64,000 bases of DNA from Sphaerodactylus townsendi (taxonomy: Eukaryota). This document shows positions 57,826 through 64,000 of this stretch, piece by piece. The stretch's first letter is position 1. Each line of letters opens with the position of its first letter. The DNA lies in contig NC_059428.1 in assembly GCF_021028975.2 (NCBI RefSeq), positions 42,036,001 to 42,100,000 on the forward strand, read 5' to 3'. The notes beneath the pieces were generated by a model. The model had not been told where the DNA came from. It saw only the letters and a program-made list of their open reading frames with translations, and did not search any database. A program made the translations under genes and the position numbers.

Positions 57826-59357
57826 TTAGAAGGGAGGCCGAAATGCTAGGGGGCGATTTAAGGGGACGCTCGTCTCCTCCGCCGTTTGGCCAAGCTGGCC
57901 GAGCTGCTTGTGCAACATTAGAACTTGGTTGCGATGTAAGGGAAAGTCGAGGGGTTTCTTACACATGTTACAGGCAATATTAGGTATACATTGAATGAAA
58001 CAAGATCCGACGATGAGGCACACAATCAAACCAATGCAGAGCTGTACAATAACACTTAACCATCCCCCCAGTAGCCAGCTCCAAAGGGCTGACCACCAGT
58101 GGGGCAAAACGTCATACTTCAGATTAGATACAACATCTTGCAGTTCACGCACTTTCATATGAATCAAATGGGAATTATCAGAAAGATTAAAACAACACAT
58201 ATCATGTACATTCTCACAACCTTGGTGATGCAATAACAACAACTAATCAATAGCGATTATCTAAAGTCGCTTGACAAAGTTCCTGCTGCTCGGAGGCCAG
58301 AGCATCCAGAGCAATGGAGGTGGAGTTGATGGACTTCACAAGGGCACAGGCCAGCCAGCCAATGGTCTTAGCGTTGTAAGAAGCGAGTCCGGGGACTCCC
58401 ACTAGGGAAGTCGCGAGGGAGACGAACTCCGCTTCGGAGAGGGCAACCGCGTTGCTCCGGCAAGAGGGGTCGAGGGGCAGAGTGGAGCGGCGGCGACGGC
58501 GTCCGGGCTCCCAGGGTGGAGCCTGAGGCAGGACGATGGTGAGGCGGCTAAGGCAACAGAGAGTCCCGGCAGAAAGCCGAGCAGGAATGTAGTTGAAAGT
58601 TCTCTCCCCGCAAGTCCAGAACCAACCCTTGGGGAGCAAGATATTTCCATACATGGGGGGAATGTCCTCCATGCGCATGCAGTTCCAGTTGGCCGAGCCG
58701 GTGAATGGGCCCGGGTCAGTCTCTCGTCTTGCCGCGCCGGCAATGCGGGCGCAAGTATTGGACTTGTGATTGGCGACAGTCTTGGTGATGAGGGAGAGAG
58801 CGCCAGCCGGGAGGGTTTGGACTACGGGTCCCCAGTCAGCACTCATAGAGTACTTGATGGATGAAGCATTCATAAAGGGGCTTAAACCAGACTCCGCTAG
58901 GAAGTCTCCAGGGGCTTTGCAGACGGGGAGCAGGCAGGAGCTTAGCAGGCTCCCGACTCCTAGGTATTGGCCCAGGCAGAAGGACGAAACGTTGGCAGCG
59001 GCAGCAAATTGCTTCCAGATGTTGGTTTGGTCAAAGCTCGTCAGGGGGTGGCCGACTGCCACTGGCAGGAGGCAGCAGAGCAGGCAAAGGATGGTGGCCG
59101 CCGAGTTGGCAGTGATGATTGCAAAGAGGGCGGCACAGAGGTTCTCGGGCGTCTCGGGCTTGCTGGCGCAGCAGCTCTTGAGCTTGGCTGGCGGTTGCTT
59201 TGACATTCCCCCAGGTCATCCGGGTCCTTGGACCGTCTGGGCGTCGGTGGCGGCGTTCCCGTTGAGGCCGCTGGACGGGATCCTCCAGAGAGATGCGTTC
59301 CATCTCCGGGATGGGGTTGTTTTCCTCCTGGTGCCATTCCATGGGCTGGCCCGTCAT
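57826..59357 (-). pseudogene. env: ERV env, ASLV(alpha)-type SU/TM with long signal peptide; two lesions (~59160, ~58250)
   Basis: NIWKQFA...SFCL...SCLLPV, LPKGWFWTCGERTFNYIP, furin RRRRRS, internal fusion loop, LACALVKSINST, ISD remnant ATLDNR, CENVHDMCC (CX6CC), membrane span. Confidence 0.88.
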
Positions 59358-60430
59358 GGCGAGTCGGGATCTACTGGAGATCTGTAGGAAGAAGGACTGA
59401 AACACACCCCCTTCCCCAGGTTATAGGAGGGGGCCGGATCCTGCCAGGCTTGGAGAGCCGATGGCGGGAGGTCAAAATCAAGTTTTGTTGGATTTAGTGT
59501 TTGATATAAGACGACTATATACGAAGGCTTATCTTGCAGCCTGCGTAAGGGTTGCTTCTAATGCAGTCTACTGGGGGCCGCCCACTCCTCTTTCTTTAAA
59601 TTGTTTGACAGGAAGGGCAGAGGGTAGGCGATCCTGATGGAAGCTGGCTTCAGAGCGTCATCAGGGTGCGTCAAAGCGAGGGTCCGAGCCTCGAGGGAGG
59701 AGGGGGCAAGCGGACCCTGGGGGAATTGTGGGTATGCATGCTAAATTTGCAACACAAAAGAGGGCTTGGATGCGCTTTTGGGTGGTGGATGCATCCAGGA
59801 GACAAAGCAATTAGGCGATTAGGGGTGAATTTCACACACAAAAGGGGGAGGGGGTATTTCTTTGCAGGGAAAATATACTTACCGTGACCTTGGTGGTTAA
59901 CGCCGAGAGGCTGGAAATGGTGCTGAATTTGTAATCAAATTATCTTGGGGAATTGCCACCCGCCGAAACCGCTCCTTAAGGGGCGGCTTCGGCCAAGCGC
60001 CTGGCCTTGCACACTGTGTTCATACAGCCGCCAGGCGCTGGGCAACCACAACCCACACAGGTTATGTGTGAATTTGGTGCGGCAGCATCCCCTTGACTAG
60101 AGGCCTGCCCTGGCCGCCGAAACCATTCCTTAAGGGGCGGTTTCGGCTAAGCGCCCTGGCGATGGTAGCCACAAGCCAAACAGGTTTGTTAGGGGCATAG
60201 TGGCGGCAGCCTCCTTTTTAAACTGGGGCCTGTCCTGGCAGTGCTGCGGTACCAGGACGGGCCCAGATTTTAATCCAGGGAGGGCCAGTCAGCCAATTGG
60301 CCCTCCCGCTTTGCTGGTTGAAAAAATAGAGGGAAGAGAGAAGGAAAAAAAGGGGGGGAATAGTTTCCTTGCGGAAGTTCGAAAATGAGTTCAGAAGGCA
60401 CAATTAGGATCAATAATCTGTGTGATGGGT

Positions 60431-61203
60431 TTATCCATCCCAGACTAGGGTCGTTTTGACCTGGCTCATGAGATCCCTTCCCCAGAGATTGACATGGATG
60501 TCCAGAATGATGGGGCGGACTGTGAGCTGCCGCTCGAGCCCTGGGCTATGGACCGTGAGCGGGCGGATGCTCCGTCTTACGGTTTGTTTTCCCCCCACCC
60601 CCCAGATGTGCGGACAGGTCTCGGTTGGCCACTGGTCAGGCCACTCGGCTGCTCTGATGACGGTCACATCAGCACCGGTGTCCACCAGGCCCTTGAACAG
60701 ACACCCCTCCACGGTGAGCTCCAGATATGGGCGGGAGCTTCCGATGGGTGTCTCCACCGCTGCGATGGTAGTACTGGCTGCGCCCTGATGGCTGCCGGGG
60801 CTTGTGGCCTTTATTGCGTTGATGGCGGGCAGCGCATGGGGCAGGAGGATCAGCTGTGCGCAGCTGGTTCCGCTGGGCAACTCCTGCGGGATGTTCGTCC
60901 AGACTTGGAGATGGATGGGTCCCTGGTGCGTGGAGTCGATTACTCCGGGGACGATGAACAATTCCTGTTCAGCGGCGGAGGCCTTTGGCAGCACCAGCCC
61001 AATGGTCCCGGTAGGGATGGGGTCGCCATACTGGGTTGGGGCGACGAGGACCTCGTGGGGGAACTTGAAGGAGATGGGCTGGGTGCACGTGAGCGAGATG
61101 CCACGAGAGGGGGTGGTTTGGGTGTGGGTCTTGGTGTTTGGGCCTGTTCTAGTACTCTCCTCCTTGGTCCTGGGCTGGGGAGATGCCCGGGCGCAAGTTT
61201 CCC
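60431..61203 (-). pseudogene. pro: ERV pro: degenerate dUTPase-like domain plus aspartic protease
   Basis: PGVIDSTHQG and CAQLIL (dUTPase motifs 3/4), LVDTGADVTVI and LWGRDLM (protease); slippery GGGAAAC at 61197-61203. Confidence 0.88.
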
Positions 61204-62676
61204 GATGGGCAGTCGCTTCTCCAGTGGAAGCCTCTCTGGCACCGGGGGCATCGGGTTTTTGGCAGCCTCGGGGGCCTTCGTCTCTTGGGGGAAGACCCTC
61301 CTCCATCGGGATTGTAGGCCCCCCCGCCGGGCTGCCTACACTCCCTCCGGAAGTGTCCTGACCTGCCGCAATTAAAGCAATCATCCTGGGGCTGTCCCCT
61401 GGCGGTGGAGAGTGCTGCGGCGAGAAGGCTAGCTTGGTGGGCGGAGGATCCGATGTCCTGGCAAGCCTTAAGCATGTCGGTCAGTTCAGGATCTTTGCCT
61501 AGGCCCGTCATTGCTCTGCGGCACTCAGTGGAGGCGTTCTCCTTGGCGAGGCGCATGAGGAGCTCGTTTTGGGCCTCCTCGCTATCTACCTGCCTCTTGA
61601 GAGCCTCCTGGAGCCTGTTCACAAATTCAGCGTAGGGCTCTTGGGGTTTTTGCCGGATGGCGGAGAAACTTTGGGTTGGCTGGCCGGCATTGGGAACCTT
61701 GATAAACGCCTTGTAGGCGCATTCAGAGGCGACCGTAAGGGTGGCCTCTGGCAGAACAATCTGATCGTTGGGGTTGGCGAAGGCATCAAAGCCGTAAAGT
61801 TGCGCGGCGGTGTAGGCGCCGCCCGATGGCGGCTCCCCTAGAGACATTGCTGGCGGAACTCGCTTTCCTAGATCACATATTGTGCAGGGCTCAAAAGCAT
61901 GCGAAGGTGGTCTTCCAGTCATCCGGAACCATTAGGTGATTCCTTGCGACTGCCTCTAGCATGCCTCTCACATAGGGCTGGTGACTCCTACGTCTCGCAT
62001 CGCTTTGCGGAGCTCGGTGAGGATGTTATAGCCTAAAGGGCGGTACTCGACAACCTGCCGAATAACGCCATCCTCCCCTCGGTATCCGTGAAGTGAACGG
62101 GGCATAGAGCGAGGATATCGGCATCGTCTTCCGTCAGGGTTTCCTTTTTTCGCAGGTCGTGGCTAATACGTTCTGCGAGGGTTTTGAAACCCGCGCCATT
62201 ACGTGGCGCTGACGGAGGTGCTATGGCTTCAGAAAATGAAGGCGGAGCAAGGGGAGGCGGCCGAGCCGCGGGAGAATTTGAGGGAGGCAGGGGAGCAAGG
62301 GGGGCAGAAGGAGGACAGGCGTCCAATTTAGAGGATAGAGAAAATTCCAGGGGTGAAACTGAAGTTGAAAGATCGAAAGGAGGGCGGCCTACAGCAAGGG
62401 AGCCATAGGTCTGCAGGCTGATGGCGACATAGCATTGTCTCCACGTCAGTAGCAGTGACACCGGCGCGCGAGGCTCTGTGTGAAGAGTGCGCCCGATGTT
62501 TTCCCAATCCTTAAGATTCAATGTCCCCCCCCCTCCGGGTACCATGGACATTGAGCTTCAATCTCCTCAACCAATTTGCGCAGCTCCCCTCTCTTTACGG
62601 GCACCCTGCCGCGTTTCGCTAACGCTTTTAGTTCGTTAACGTGCTTGTCATAACCCCTGCTTTTGCAAGCTCCCAT
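61149..62676 (-). pseudogene. gag: ERV gag (several 1-nt frameshifts)
   Basis: MGACKS myristoylation start, CPWYPEGGTLNLKDWENIG matrix, two PSAP late motifs, MHR IRQKPQEPYAEFVNRL, two CCHC knuckles CFNCGRSGHFRREC and CPRCQRGFHWRSDC. Confidence 0.9.
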
Positions 62677-62847
62677 ACTTACCGGTGTTCCGTCGGACGA
62701 GAGAGTGTCCTAGGACTCGGGTCCCTGGATGTGCTGATCCAGCGGACGGGCGATACCAAAGGTAAGTCCCTGGATGCGACGATCCAGCGGACGTCGGTAC
62801 CGCGGCCCTTTCCCAGGCGACGGTAAGCAGGGTGGAGGTTCGAGGAT

Positions 62848-62865
62848 TCCCGGGTTTCGGCACCA
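62848..62865 (-). promoter_or_regulatory. Primer-binding site complementary to tRNA-Phe(GAA)
   Basis: Minus strand TGGTGCCGAAACCCGGGA, the complement of the vertebrate tRNA-Phe 3' 18 nt, 3 nt inside the 5' LTR. Confidence 0.92.
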
Positions 62866-62868
62866 GCT

Positions 62869-63338
62869 TGTAGTCGTGACCGCGAGGTCAGCGCAAGAAC
62901 GAGACGAGACGCGGTGATAACATCTGGTGGAGAGTGCCAGCAGCGGGAGCGCGAGTGTCCGTGTTCCTAGCGACTCTCCCGCGTGCTGGTTTCTGGCACC
63001 TTTTATTATGATTCTAACGGGGGCGTGTAGAAGGGCGGAACGGGGGGAATTCCGGGAGAGGGGGAGAGCGGGAGACTGAGAGATCATCATGTGATGCATG
63101 ATCTCATCTGGCTGCTACGTGCGGAGAGGAGCATCAGCGTCTGGGCCTAATCCTCACCTGGGGGCAAGACCATTGTCCCTTTGTCCGGGACACCCGGTGG
63201 TTGTGAGCCAGGTAGTTCATGACCTGTGACTCATCGGGGGATGAGGGGTGGGGGCGTGGTGCGACCAGAAGGCCGTAGGAGCGCCGGTGTGCCAGCGCTC
63301 TACTTACGGTGCTGCTGGGTCAGCAGTGCATCCCTACA
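62869..63338 (-). repeat. ERV 5' LTR (470 bp)
   Basis: TGTAG...CTACA termini; direct repeat of 57332-57807. Confidence 0.95.
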
Positions 63339-64000
63339 AGAAGATATGTTTAGGGGATATTAAAAGTGGTTTTCCCAGAAGACTCAGGGTCATTCTGTCA
63401 GACAGATGCAATTTCTATAATTAAAATATAAAGTTCCTTTCCATATAGGTGCATATCCTAATCCTTATCTAACTCTCATAATTATCCCAATTAATGGTGT
63501 GTCCTTACAAAACCCTGTTTAAGTTGATCCCTTTGGGGATGAGGCGGCCTATAAGTTTCATTAATAAATAAAAATAAATAAAATAAATAAATCCCAAATA
63601 TCCACATATTTTGATGCCTCTTTTCCAGGTTAAACAGTGATATCAATTTGTGCATTTGAGCTGTGGTCCGTGATTGTTTTATGGATCAGATATATTTACA
63701 TTCAGTTAATATTGTTAGAGCTAAGAGTTTTAGAATAGTTTGTGTTGTATGATCACAATGGCCATTTTTCCCATTAAGTAATGGCACATCCTTGATAGGC
63801 AACTGTCAAGAATATTTTGATTATATGTTGCTCTCTGTTAGGGCATGTAGTTGGGTTAGGTCTGGGAATCAGTTTATGTTAACATTTGTAGCGGTAGCTT
63901 GCTATCTGTGCACCTGTGACATTGTGTAGCTTTGAGGAATGCAGAGCAGCTGATAGCAGATTTAAAAACCAGAAATCAAAGGAGAGCCATGAGTGCAGGT

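Larger units (their letters stand above)
57332..63338 (-). mobile_element. Class II (beta-like) endogenous retrovirus, pol-less, 6007 bp, antisense in CEP97 intron 5
   Basis: Paired LTRs, 6-bp TSD AGAAGA (57326-31, 63339-44), tRNA-Phe PBS, PPT, gag/pro/env homology. Confidence 0.95.

Noticed and set aside
59620-59670. CTGATGA on the ERV minus strand suggesting a hammerhead ribozyme
   Set aside because: No stem II followed by GAAA and a UH cleavage site; the sequence simply folds as a CCTGATG/CATCAGG hairpin.
58770-61375. Long plus-strand ORFs antisense to env (205 aa) and pro (293 aa) as HBZ-like genes
   Set aside because: Expected in GC-rich antisense frames; no recognisable motifs.
63620-63720. 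Candidate CEP97 exon 6 after ttttccag
   Set aside because: Translation does not continue the LRR sequence and hits a stop quickly.

Overview
Vertebrate genomic DNA, almost certainly squamate and probably a gecko judging by the SINE/MITE/Penelope repeat types. It carries the conserved syntenic block PCNP(+) - ZBTB11(-) - RPL24(-) - CEP97(+, exons 1-5 only). Exon boundaries were read by hand from GT/AG sites and frame continuity; one PCNP acceptor falls in an N gap. Two things stand out. (1) A young 6.0-kb endogenous retrovirus sits antisense in CEP97 intron 5, with a 6-bp TSD, ~98% identical LTRs and a tRNA-Phe PBS. It has beta-like gag-(pseudo)dUTPase-protease and an avian-leukosis-type env with a Rec/Rem-like signal peptide, but no recognisable RT/RNaseH. 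In place of pol is a ~1-kb segment holding a splice-site-bounded cassette of stable RNA hairpins, two with tRNA-Phe acceptor-stem-like arms and a palindromic CCUUAAGG apex. (2) A ~5.8-kb tandem duplication of ZBTB11 exons 2-5 has complementary frameshifts and a breakpoint at the centre of a Penelope-type palindrome; it is most likely an assembly artefact. The rest is introns and intergenic DNA with many MITEs, SINEs and LINE fragments.
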